IMG/VR virus record: IMGVR_UViG_3300045988_064194
Location: 1-39,811 of that record
Direction: 5' to 3' (one strand)
Origin: a virus
Length of the DNA: 39,811 nt
Shown in pieces: positions 8,440 through 15,960 of this stretch. Made by a program: the position numbers and the translations under genes. The notes beneath the pieces were generated by a model. That model saw nothing but the letters and a program-made list of their open reading frames with translations, searched no databases and was not told the DNA's origin. Positions within the stretch are counted from its first letter, which is position 1. Each line of letters begins with the position of its first letter.

Positions 8440-8540
8440 CTTAATTTTGAACAGCGATTTGCAATCTGGGGTGTAGACATTTCCAAATATTATCTGCTAC
8501 GCTGGAAACGTACTCAAGCGTGGCTCCTACTCGCTGCGAG

Positions 8541-8576
8541 GGAAACCCCGCCGCTTTCCAGCGGGCGGCGGGGCGG
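8541..8576 (-). terminator. Rho-independent terminator of the SLH gene
   Basis: 9-bp GC stem CCCCGCCGC / GCGGCGGGG, followed on the minus strand by TTTCCC. Confidence 0.6.
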
Positions 8577-8578
8577 AT

Positions 8579-9832
8579 TTACGGGTTACAGTTCTTGCAG
8601 GGGACATAGCCCATGTTGATGACGCTGTCGCGTGTGCCGGTATAATACCACTTGTTTTTCTCAGACATCTTCGCAACACTCTTGCACCAGCTGTAATGGA
8701 ACTTGCCGGTGTTGGTATTGATTACATAGTTGCAGTTCGCCGGGGGTGTTGTGGTGCTGGTGGTTTGATTTGATGATGCGGTGTTTCCAGAGCCCTGCGG
8801 CTTCTGCGGAGTCTGAGAGGAAGAAGAACTATTTGCAGAGCTTTGAGAAACTGATACATCTACAGTAACGGTCGCTGTATTACCTGCTGCATCAGATATT
8901 TTTAAGTCTGCACTCCCCGCAATCTCCTTGCTGGCGATTATAACCATACGGTGGTTTGCGGGATGATCATCAAGCCTGTTTACGCTGCTTACAGTAACGA
9001 TTGATTCATTGCTGCTTTTGCATGTGACCGTGGAATTCTGCACCGACTGGCCTACATATACATCGAAATAAATCAAACGATTCGCATCATCGATATAAAG
9101 ATTGCCTTTGTCATTGAAGTAATTTGGATCCGCATATACAGAAATGTCCCGTGCTTTTACAGCTCCTGTTTTGCGAAGGTCTGGAAGAATAACTCTTGAA
9201 AGAATGGCACTAGCTTCTGCTCGGGTGATTCTCTCATCTTCATTAAAAGTGCCGGAGGAATCAGAACCAGTAAGAATGCCCGCATTAAACAGCTGATAGA
9301 TTTCCTCAGCATATGTAGTGTAAATTGTAACGCCAGGAATCAGGCCGAACCCAATATGGTTGATGTCTTTATAAGCGTCCTTCGGCAGAGCATGGGTTAT
9401 CAGATAAGCGAAGATCTCCTTTGTAATAATACCGGTATAGAAATCAGCAGTTGGGGGATTCGTAAAAGAAAGTATGTCATTTTTTGCGGCATAATCTACA
9501 TAAACTTGGAACCACGGGGAAGACTGTTCGAATTCGCCTGTTCCACCATAGTAGATGTTATGCAACCGACATGCGATCGCTAGCCCTTCCGCAAGTGTCA
9601 TTTCTCCTTTTGGTTTGAATAAGCCTGCATCCGTTCCAGCCATCAAACCATACTCACAGACGGTTTTTACGCTTTCTTCATACCATGAAAAAATTGGTAC
9701 GTCCGAGAATCCGGTATATTCCGTCTGCTTCTTGAAGTTCGACAGGCCGGGGCTTGCTGCGCATACTGGCACGGCCAGCGCCAGTAGAAGAACAACTGCG
9801 AGGAATAGGCTGATAATCCGTTTCTGCTTCAT
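8579..9832 (-). CDS. Secreted SLH-domain surface protein with an Ig-like (Big_2-like) domain, a Ser/Thr linker and a C-terminal Cys-rich KFH...C...PCKNC module (moron)
   Basis: Signal peptide MKQKRIISLFLAVVLLLALAVPVCAA. SLH motifs FSDVPIFSWY...GLMAGTDAGLFKP and ...GILTGSDSSGTFNEDERITRAEASAILSR. Visibly AT-richer than the phage backbone. Confidence 0.8.
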   Translation of the reverse strand: MKQKRIISLFLAVVLLLALAVPVCAASPGLSNFKKQTEYTGFSDVPIFSWYEESVKTVCEYGLMAGTDAGLFKPKGEMTLAEGLAIACRLHNIYYGGTGEFEQSSPWFQVYVDYAAKNDILSFTNPPTADFYTGIITKEIFAYLITHALPKDAYKDINHIGFGLIPGVTIYTTYAEEIYQLFNAGILTGSDSSGTFNEDERITRAEASAILSRVILPDLRKTGAVKARDISVYADPNYFNDKGNLYIDDANRLIYFDVYVGQSVQNSTVTCKSSNESIVTVSSVNRLDDHPANHRMVIIASKEIAGSADLKISDAAGNTATVTVDVSVSQSSANSSSSSQTPQKPQGSGNTASSNQTTSTTTPPANCNYVINTNTGKFHYSWCKSVAKMSEKNKWYYTGTRDSVINMGYVPCKNCNP

Positions 9833-9915
9833 TGTATCACTTCTCCGGTCTGTAAAAATTGTATAAAAAATTCTTTCGTAGAAATTGAGCGACAGATTTT
9901 GTGAAAACTTCCGTA

Positions 9916-9944
9916 TTGAAGAAAACGAACATATGTTCTAAAAT
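9916..9944 (+). promoter_or_regulatory. Sigma-A-type promoter (TTGAAG-17-TAAAAT) with a LexA box in the spacer
   Basis: -35 at 9916-9921, -10 at 9939-9944, 17-nt spacer AAAACGAACATATGTTC. Confidence 0.55.
9926..9939. promoter_or_regulatory. LexA (Cheo/SOS) box
   Basis: CGAACATATGTTCT matches 13 of 14 positions of the idealised Firmicute box CGAACATATGTTCG. The core GAACATATGTTC is a perfect 12-nt palindrome. Confidence 0.65.
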
Positions 9945-9976
9945 AAAAACAAGCCAAAAGGAAAGGAGCCAGCCGC

Positions 9977-10108
9977 ATGACACGTGAGGAAGCGCAGAAG
10001 TACATAGCCAAGCTGACCTACGAGGAAAAGAAGAAGCTTAACGATTTGCTAACAGCCCTTGCACAAAGGCGTCAACCTTCTGCATCTCCTCAGGCGTCAA
10101 AGAAGTAA
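9977..10108 (+). CDS. 43-aa ORF downstream of the LexA-controlled promoter; candidate micro-antirepressor (may alternatively be a non-coding antisense RNA)
   Basis: AAAGGAAAGGAG RBS 8 nt before the ATG. MTREEAQKYIAKLTYEEKKKLNDLLTALAQRRQPSASPQASKK. Convergently overlaps the last 71 nt of the repressor gene. Too short for the ORF track. Confidence 0.4.
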   Translation: MTREEAQKYIAKLTYEEKKKLNDLLTALAQRRQPSASPQASKK

Positions 10109-10358
10109 GCTTCGAAACAAGTTCATCGTCCAAAGCTCTCTCGTCCGTAGGGACGAGGGGGCTTTTTTCGTCCCCAAACAGGAGGTATTGCGAGTCAACC
10201 CCAAAATAGTCTGCAATTCTCTGCAAGACGGCCGGGCGAGGCGTCGAGCCGTTTTTCCATAGGACAACATTTGAAGAAGAACAGCCTAGTTTTTGCGCAA
10301 CCGGAGTCGGCTTCTCGCCGTTTCGCTCACACAGCATTTTGAAATTGTCATAAAACAT
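10038..10358 (-). CDS. CI-like XRE-family repressor (106 aa, no S24 peptidase domain)
   Basis: HTH PTPVAQKLGCSSSNVVLWKNGSTPRPAVLQRIADYFGV. GGAGG RBS 8 nt upstream. Divergent from the early operon. Confidence 0.8.
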   Translation of the reverse strand: MFYDNFKMLCERNGEKPTPVAQKLGCSSSNVVLWKNGSTPRPAVLQRIADYFGVDSQYLLFGDEKSPLVPTDERALDDELVSKLTSLTPEEMQKVDAFVQGLLANR

Positions 10359-10390
10359 AAATAGAGCCTCCGTATTTTGTGCAATACGCC

Positions 10391-10413
10391 AAAAGTAATA
10401 TATTATTACTTTT
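10391..10413. promoter_or_regulatory. Candidate operator: inverted repeat AAAAGTAAT-N5-ATTACTTTT
   Basis: 9-nt perfect arms in the repressor/early-operon intergenic region. A related half-site AAAACTAAT lies at 10421-10429, next to the -35 of the rightward promoter. Confidence 0.45.
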
Positions 10414-10417
10414 GAAC

Positions 10418-10446
10418 TTGAAAACTAATAAAATATGAGTTATTAT
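10418..10446 (+). promoter_or_regulatory. Candidate early rightward promoter (TTGAAA-17-TATTAT)
   Basis: -35 at 10418-10423, -10 at 10441-10446. Followed by a leader of about 170 nt with an 8-bp hairpin at 10478-10498. Confidence 0.45.
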
Positions 10447-10621
10447 ATACATGTACCCGGGAGGTGCAACAAAGCGACAGTGCCGAGGGGCGGCACTGCT
10501 GTGGTGAAAGATAGACGGTAAAGCCTGATTTACTTGTTTATGTAGCACTTTCATCTTAGCACTAACGTCTCCGGCCTGTCAACACAAAACTCATGTTTAT
10601 GAGGCATAAGGAGGAAAAAAT

Positions 10622-10888
10622 ATGAATTTCAAACCGTGTTCCATTGAGGAAACCAAGAAAGCCGCAACCAAAGGCATTTATGCAGACTTCGTTGAGAGCT
10701 TCCGCGCGAGCGGCGCAGAATGCGCCAGAGTTGACGGTCTCACAACAAGGACGGACAGTGCGTATGCTTCGCTGAGTATGGCAGCCAGAAGGGCGGGCGA
10801 CGTTCGCTGCATGATTCGGAAAGGCGTGATCTATTTGGCGCGTGTGGATGCGCTGGATAAGATGGAGGCGGCAGGATGCCAGCGGTAA
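10622..10888 (+). CDS. Hypothetical early protein (88 aa)
   Basis: Strong AAGGAGGA RBS; first gene of the rightward operon. Confidence 0.6.
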   Translation: MNFKPCSIEETKKAATKGIYADFVESFRASGAECARVDGLTTRTDSAYASLSMAARRAGDVRCMIRKGVIYLARVDALDKMEAAGCQR

Positions 10889-11118
10889 AGATGGGGCGGG
10901 ATAATACGTCCCGGAACCTGTCCCGGCTGATCTACGGGCGGGTCAAGGAGCGCGACGTGAAGCTGGACGATCTGCTGAAACCGGCGGGCGTCAGCAGCAA
11001 GACGACGCTCCGGAAGTGGATGAAGGATCCGCAGGATTACCAGATGAAGGGCGTGAAGAAGATCTGCAAGCGCCTGGGCATTACACGCGAGGAATTCTTC
11101 GCAGCATTTGATTATTAG
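10876..11118 (+). CDS. Small putative DNA-binding early protein (80 aa; Cro/regulator-like)
   Basis: GGAGG RBS. HTH-like stretch VSSKTTLRKWMKDP...ICKRLGITREEF. Confidence 0.5.
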   Translation: MPAVKMGRDNTSRNLSRLIYGRVKERDVKLDDLLKPAGVSSKTTLRKWMKDPQDYQMKGVKKICKRLGITREEFFAAFDY

Positions 11119-11128
11119 GAGGTCCGAT

Positions 11129-11356
11129 ATGAGAAACGCACTTGCGGTCGTGGAGACGACTGAGGAGCGCAGACAGCGCATCAATGAGGAATTGGAGCAG
11201 CAGCGGGCAATGGTCCGGATGGTCAAGCGGCTGTGCCTGTGGATCGGCGGGGCGGCGGCTGCGCTGGCCGTGCTGGCCTGCGGGGCAGAGATGGTCAATG
11301 AGGCCGTCGCGACCGGCGCAATCGCGCTGGGAACAACGCTGTTCGGGCTGCTGTGA
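11129..11356 (+). CDS. Small membrane protein (75 aa)
   Basis: AGGAGG RBS 6 nt before ATG 11129. Hydrophobic C-terminal half LWIGGAAAALAVLACG...ALGTTLFGLL. Confidence 0.5.
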   Translation: MRNALAVVETTEERRQRINEELEQQRAMVRMVKRLCLWIGGAAAALAVLACGAEMVNEAVATGAIALGTTLFGLL

Positions 11357-11538
11357 TGGACATCAAGGAAAAGGCGCTGCTGATGACGCCGTGCGAGGTC
11401 TGCGAGATGCTGGGCCAGAAGCGCGGATGCCGCCCGGAAGACGACTGCTACACCTGCGGCATTTACGCCGAGATCATGTTTGCGCAGTGGGACGCGACCT
11501 GCAGGCTCATCCGGGAGCGCACGGGCAAAAAGAAATGA
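11356..11538 (+). CDS. Hypothetical Cys-rich protein (60 aa)
   Basis: The ATG overlaps the upstream TGA (TGATG), suggesting translational coupling. Confidence 0.45.
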   Translation: MDIKEKALLMTPCEVCEMLGQKRGCRPEDDCYTCGIYAEIMFAQWDATCRLIRERTGKKK

Positions 11539-11618
11539 CCCCTGCCGCGTTGCCGCGCGACAGAGGCCGAAATGAAAGGACATTATGTCGGCTTCTATTA
11601 TAAGCCAGAAAGGAACCT

Positions 11619-11966
11619 ATGTCAAGTTTAACGGATTCCCGCGTCCGGCACGGCGCAAAGGCCTGTGTCGAGGCGGTTCGGGCCGACTACCCGAAGTTCA
11701 ACAAATGCTTGCTTTCGCAGTGCGAAGCGCCGGAGAAATACGGTGTTCAGCTCGTGCCGGAGGCCGCGGCCTCCATCAAGGCGCTGGACGCGCCGAAGAA
11801 CCGTGTTGAGCGCAGGAAGAAGACGAATCGGTATTATTTCCGGCTGACGGACGATCAGGCGAAGATCCTCGACCGGCTGCTGAAAAAGAACGGCTACGCC
11901 ACGGTGCAGAGCTTTTGTGAGGAGCTGATCCGGAGGGAGGCATTATGCAATGGCATTACCGCTTGA
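11619..11966 (+). CDS. Hypothetical protein with an RHH-like C-terminal half (115 aa)
   Basis: YYFRLTDDQAKILDRLLKKNGYATVQSFCEELI resembles ribbon-helix-helix/MobC-like modules. Confidence 0.5.
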   Translation: MSSLTDSRVRHGAKACVEAVRADYPKFNKCLLSQCEAPEKYGVQLVPEAAASIKALDAPKNRVERRKKTNRYYFRLTDDQAKILDRLLKKNGYATVQSFCEELIRREALCNGITA

Positions 11967-12177
11967 TAACCTCTACCTCGGCATTCAGGAGAAGGAACCG
12001 GCGGTCATCGGAACATGCGCGCACTGCAAGGAGGAAGTCCGCGAGGGAGAGGAAGCTTTCGTCTGCGATACGGTCCTTGTACACGCGGAATGCATGCTGG
12101 AATACGTCTCCAATACCTACAGCGTAGACGAGATCGCGAACGCGCTGCTGTTTGAGAGGGTGCGGCATGAAGGATGA
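11950..12177 (+). CDS. Hypothetical Cys-containing protein (75 aa)
   Basis: GGAGG 9 nt upstream of ATG 11950. The alternative ORF 11945..12127 is Arg-rich and looks off-frame. Confidence 0.5.
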   Translation: MALPLDNLYLGIQEKEPAVIGTCAHCKEEVREGEEAFVCDTVLVHAECMLEYVSNTYSVDEIANALLFERVRHEG

Positions 12178-12418
12178 AGTTTATATCCCGTTTGAATGCC
12201 GGGTGTCGGTCTTCTTCCCGGCCGGGCATGTCGAATGCAATTTATGTCCGCTGCTGGAAACATACAGCCGCAGACAGTGCAGACGGACGGGGGAGTATCT
12301 GACGAGCGGGCAGCTCCGCGGGATGTACTGCCCGCTGGAGATCCCGGGAGAACTGATCACAGACACGGCCACGGGGGCCGTGATCGAGAATAAGGAGGAT
12401 AAGGATGAAGGTTTATAA
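12167..12418 (+). CDS. Hypothetical Cys-rich protein (83 aa)
   Basis: ATG 12167 overlaps the upstream gene end by 11 nt. CxxC-type cysteines. Confidence 0.5.
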   Translation: MKDEVYIPFECRVSVFFPAGHVECNLCPLLETYSRRQCRRTGEYLTSGQLRGMYCPLEIPGELITDTATGAVIENKEDKDEGL

Positions 12419-12442
12419 AGGCACGGATGTGGAGGTAAACAG

Positions 12443-13063
12443 ATGAAGCTTACGGAAAAGCTGATCGCCATTCAGGCGCAGCTGAAAGCGCCAAAGGACA
12501 AGACCAACAACTTCGGCGGCTACAAATACCGCTCCTGCGAGAGCATTTTAGAGGCTGTAAAGCCCCTGCTGCAGGCGCAGGGCTGCATCCTGACGATCTC
12601 GGACGAGATTGTAGAGAGTGGTAACCGGATCTATGTCAAGGCAAAGGCGACTCTGTCCGACGGCGAGGGCGAATACACCACGTTCGGTTTTGCCCGGGAG
12701 CCGGAGAGCAAGAAGGGCATGGACGAACCGCAGGTGACCGGTACGGCCAGCTCCTACGCCAGAAAGTACGCATTGAACGGCTTGTTCGCCATCGACGATA
12801 CGAAGGACGCCGATACGGATGAATATGCCAGGGAGACCGGGCGAGCGTCCGGGCGGAAAGCGCCCGCTGCTGCGAAGCCCGCCGAGGCTGCAAAGAAGCC
12901 GGAGATGCTCTTTAAGTGTTCCGCATGCGGGAAGGAGATCACCGGCGAGACGATCAACGGACATGCTTACTCTGCAATGAGCATTGCGGAGCAGACAACA
13001 AAAAAGTTTGGGCGCTGCTTCTGCTGGGGCTGCGCACAGAAACAGGGAAAGGGGAATACATAA
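12443..13063 (+). CDS. erf: ERF-family single-strand annealing recombinase with a C-terminal zinc ribbon
   Basis: LKAPKDKTNNFGGYKYRSCESILEAVKPLL...TGTASSYARKYALNGLFAIDD is the ERF hallmark. CSACG...CWGC tail. Confidence 0.85.
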   Translation: MKLTEKLIAIQAQLKAPKDKTNNFGGYKYRSCESILEAVKPLLQAQGCILTISDEIVESGNRIYVKAKATLSDGEGEYTTFGFAREPESKKGMDEPQVTGTASSYARKYALNGLFAIDDTKDADTDEYARETGRASGRKAPAAAKPAEAAKKPEMLFKCSACGKEITGETINGHAYSAMSIAEQTTKKFGRCFCWGCAQKQGKGNT

Positions 13064-13504
13064 ATGCTGAACGAAGTGATCTTGATGGGCCGCCTGACGC
13101 GTGACCCGGATGTCCGCATGACGCAGAACGGAACCACCGCTGCGAACTTTGCACTGGCCTGTGAGCGCGACTATGCACCGCAGGGGCAGGACCGGGAGAC
13201 TGATTTCTTCGATATTGTCGCGTTCAGAAATACCGCCGATTTCGTCGGCCAGTATTTTGCCAAAGGGCAGCTCGTGGCAGTCAAAGGCCGTCTGCAGCAG
13301 CGCGACTGGACAGACAAGCAGGGCAATAAACGCCGCACGACGGAGATCCTTGCAGATCGGTGCTATTTTGCCGAGAAGCGGCAGACGCCCGCAGCAGTAC
13401 AGCCTGCGGATTTCTCGCAGATTCCCAGCACAACGCCAGTTCCGTTTTCCGAACCGGATATGCCGCAGATGGAGCTCGGCGACGTAAACGAGCTGCCGTT
13501 CTGA
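13064..13504 (+). CDS. ssb: Single-stranded DNA-binding protein
   Basis: OB-fold N-terminus MLNEVILMGRLTRDPDVR...FFDIVAFRNTADFV...LVAVKGRLQQRDW and an acidic tail ending DVNELPF. Confidence 0.9.
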   Translation: MLNEVILMGRLTRDPDVRMTQNGTTAANFALACERDYAPQGQDRETDFFDIVAFRNTADFVGQYFAKGQLVAVKGRLQQRDWTDKQGNKRRTTEILADRCYFAEKRQTPAAVQPADFSQIPSTTPVPFSEPDMPQMELGDVNELPF

Positions 13505-13518
13505 CGGAGGGCACTGCG

Positions 13519-13683
13519 ATGCTTTTTGATGTTTGCATTGAGGAATTTGTTACAGGCTGCGTGGAAGTTGAGAATCAGATCAATTTTTACAACGTGATTG
13601 TGGAAGAACTCGAAGTCCTGACAAAACTTGTTGACCGGTGCGATCAACTGCTTATTATCTGTCAGCCGAAAAGTGAGGGCTGA
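13519..13683 (+). CDS. Hypothetical small protein (54 aa)
   Basis: GGAGGG RBS 7 nt before ATG 13519; fills the gap between ssb and the next gene. Confidence 0.35.
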   Translation: MLFDVCIEEFVTGCVEVENQINFYNVIVEELEVLTKLVDRCDQLLIICQPKSEG

Positions 13684-13686
13684 CGG

Positions 13687-14406
13687 ATGGGAGAGAAAAA
13701 GGAATACGTCAAGCTGTGGCTGAGTTACAGGAGCTATTTCGAGGCGTACAGTGCCGCTGAGGTGGGGCGCTTGGTGCTGGCCGCGATGGATTATCGCGAG
13801 TCGGGAGCAGAGCCAGAGTTCAGCGGGAGTGAGCGTTTCATTTGGCCTGCGATTCGACGGGACATTGACGAATCCGTAGCGGCTCAAAAAGCCATCTCCG
13901 CGTCCAGAAGCGAAGCAGGAAAGCAGGGCGGTCGGCCTGAATCAGAAAAAGCAAATGCTTCACCGGAAAGCGACGAAAAGCAAAAAAAGCAAATGCTTTC
14001 CGATGAAAGCAAAAAAAGCTATGGACAAAGGAAAAGGACAAAGGAAAAGGACATGGACAGTGTTCTTTCCCCCCTACCCCCCACACTGCGCGAATCCGTT
14101 GAGAAATGGGTGGCATACAAGGGGGAACGACGGGAGGAGTATAAGCCTGTCGGCCTGCAAAGCCTTGTCACGCAGATCACGAAAGCCGCGGAGGAATACG
14201 GTGAGGAAGCCATGATCGACGTGATTAGCCGATCTATGGCCGCAAATTACAAGGGGATCGTGTTTGACTGGCTGAAGATGAGGCCTATATCGAAGGGTGC
14301 CGCGAAGATGCAACATGGCGTACAGCGCCACGGGGATGAGTTGGACCCGATCCAGCAGGCGGCAATAGACCGGATGCTTGCGGAAAACGAGGAGGATAAG
14401 ACATGA
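13687..14406 (+). CDS. Hypothetical protein, DUF6291-like N-terminus; possible replication/DnaD-like organiser (239 aa)
   Basis: YVKLWLSYRSYFEAYSAAEVGRLVLAAMDYRESGAEP pattern. Position after erf/ssb. The functional call is weak. Confidence 0.5.
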   Translation: MGEKKEYVKLWLSYRSYFEAYSAAEVGRLVLAAMDYRESGAEPEFSGSERFIWPAIRRDIDESVAAQKAISASRSEAGKQGGRPESEKANASPESDEKQKKQMLSDESKKSYGQRKRTKEKDMDSVLSPLPPTLRESVEKWVAYKGERREEYKPVGLQSLVTQITKAAEEYGEEAMIDVISRSMAANYKGIVFDWLKMRPISKGAAKMQHGVQRHGDELDPIQQAAIDRMLAENEEDKT

Positions 14407-14672
14407 AAATGCTTGGAAAACTGGCAGGGGCACTGGCAGCACGCTATGTCTGCCAGAACTGTGAGAAGGAAAAAGAACGAAGGGCCGTGGCTCACAACGC
14501 CACGAAATGCCTGGAGCGCAACACTCTTTTGGCCGAAAGCAATCAGGCTGCGTCAATCGAGATCCACCGCCTCGAAAAGGCGCTGGCGAAAGCAGAGCTG
14601 GAGCGCGACGTTGCACGGGAGATGCTGATCGAGAGAAGCACGCCGGACACCCGGCCGGGGGCGCTGGTATGA
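14403..14672 (+). CDS. Hypothetical coiled-coil protein (89 aa)
   Basis: ATGA overlap with the upstream gene. Confidence 0.5.
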   Translation: MKMLGKLAGALAARYVCQNCEKEKERRAVAHNATKCLERNTLLAESNQAASIEIHRLEKALAKAELERDVAREMLIERSTPDTRPGALV

Positions 14673-14839
14673 GGTTTGTGTGCGACGCCTGCCAGGATAT
14701 CACGAACATCGAGGCAGACAGGATGGAGATCCAGGGCGAGAAGCTGATGGTGTACAGCCGCGGGCGGCTGGTCTACGTTGCGGATCTGGGGCAGATTATG
14801 CTGGCCAAGCTTACGCCGGGGAGGGAGGAGGCAAAATGA
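14669..14839 (+). CDS. Hypothetical small protein (56 aa)
   Basis: ATGA overlaps at both ends link it to its neighbours. Confidence 0.4.
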   Translation: MRFVCDACQDITNIEADRMEIQGEKLMVYSRGRLVYVADLGQIMLAKLTPGREEAK

Positions 14840-15960
14840 AAGAGAATGTGCTGGAGCGAAATGCAAGGCTGGATACCGAACGGAAGATTGCGGATTTTCG
14901 AGTAAAACAGCAGATGGATTATGCGTTCAAGGTGAAATACGCCAAAATCCGCGCATGGGAATTCTACGATCACCCAGACGTTGCAGGTAGCTGCTACGTA
15001 GCTGTCGGCGGGCTGGATTCCATCACGCTGCTCCTGTTCCTTCGCAGCATCGGTATTGACGTGCCTGCCATCTCGGTATCGTCGCTTGAGGATAAAAGCA
15101 TTCAGCTGATTCACAAGCAACTCGGCGTGAAGCCGCTGAAACCGCTGAAAAGCAAAGTGGAAGTGCTGCGAGAGTACGGATGGCCGGTGATCTCCAAGGA
15201 AGTTGCGGGGAAAATCTCGCTTTTGCAAAATCCAAGCGAGAAAAACGCAACGGTACGCCATGCGATCATCACTGGGGAAACAGGGGCTTACGGCGGGTTC
15301 CGCACGGGGACGCGGATGAAGCTGGCGCAAAAATGGCTGGAGATCTTCGGCGGATACGAAAATGAGAATGAAGGCGTTAGCTACAAAACGCCGGATTTTC
15401 TCGTATCGGATAAGTGCTGCTATTACCTGAAAGAAAAGCCTTGCAGCGATTATGCCAAAGAAACCGGAAGCTTCCCGTATATGGGCCTGATGGCGTCCGA
15501 AGGAGGGCGCAGGCAGAAAGCGTTGATGATGCACGGGTGCAACTACATATCGCCGGGAACGAAACGCAGCTGTCCATTCGCGATTTTTTCGCGGCAGGAT
15601 CTTTTGCAGCTTGCGCTGGATTTGCAGGTTCCGGTGCCGGAAATCTACGGAGAGATCGTGCGCGACGCAGACGGAACACTCAGGACGACAAAAGCACAGA
15701 GAACCGGGTGCTCCATGTGCGGGTTCGGCGTGCACATGGAAAAACGCCCACACCGGTTCGACCGGCTGTGGGAGCGGAATCCAAAGGAGTGGGAAATGTG
15801 GATGAATCACGTAATGCAGGATGATCGCGGGAACTGGTACGGCTGGGGCCGTGTGCTGGACTACATCGGCGTCGAGTGGCGGGATCCGGAAGCCGCGCTG
15901 TTAAATCCGGATGAACTGCCCGGCCAGATGATTTTTGATGGAATGGAGGATACGATATGA
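14836..15960 (+). CDS. PAPS-reductase-family protein (IbrA/DndC-like ATP-pyrophosphatase fold with a DUF3440-like C-terminus)
   Basis: P-loop-like CYVAVGGLDSITLLLFL. Cys-rich C-terminal half ...AQRTGCSMCGFGVHME...FDRLWERNPKEW. GGAGGAGG RBS. Confidence 0.75.
   Translation: MKENVLERNARLDTERKIADFRVKQQMDYAFKVKYAKIRAWEFYDHPDVAGSCYVAVGGLDSITLLLFLRSIGIDVPAISVSSLEDKSIQLIHKQLGVKPLKPLKSKVEVLREYGWPVISKEVAGKISLLQNPSEKNATVRHAIITGETGAYGGFRTGTRMKLAQKWLEIFGGYENENEGVSYKTPDFLVSDKCCYYLKEKPCSDYAKETGSFPYMGLMASEGGRRQKALMMHGCNYISPGTKRSCPFAIFSRQDLLQLALDLQVPVPEIYGEIVRDADGTLRTTKAQRTGCSMCGFGVHMEKRPHRFDRLWERNPKEWEMWMNHVMQDDRGNWYGWGRVLDYIGVEWRDPEAALLNPDELPGQMIFDGMEDTI

Noticed and set aside
8425-8619. Track ORFs lying in control regions (8425..8619 +, 10348..10554 -, 9829..10011 -, 6541..6750 +, 6621..6914 -).
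   Set aside because: They span terminator hairpins, promoters or operator repeats, several start at non-ATG codons, they lack an RBS, and their sequences are implausible.
10451-10507. An 18-codon ORF (MYPGGATKRQCRGAALLW) in the early leader as a possible leader peptide.
   Set aside because: There is no RBS upstream, it overlaps the leader hairpin, and nothing suggests attenuation logic. I consider it a chance ORF.
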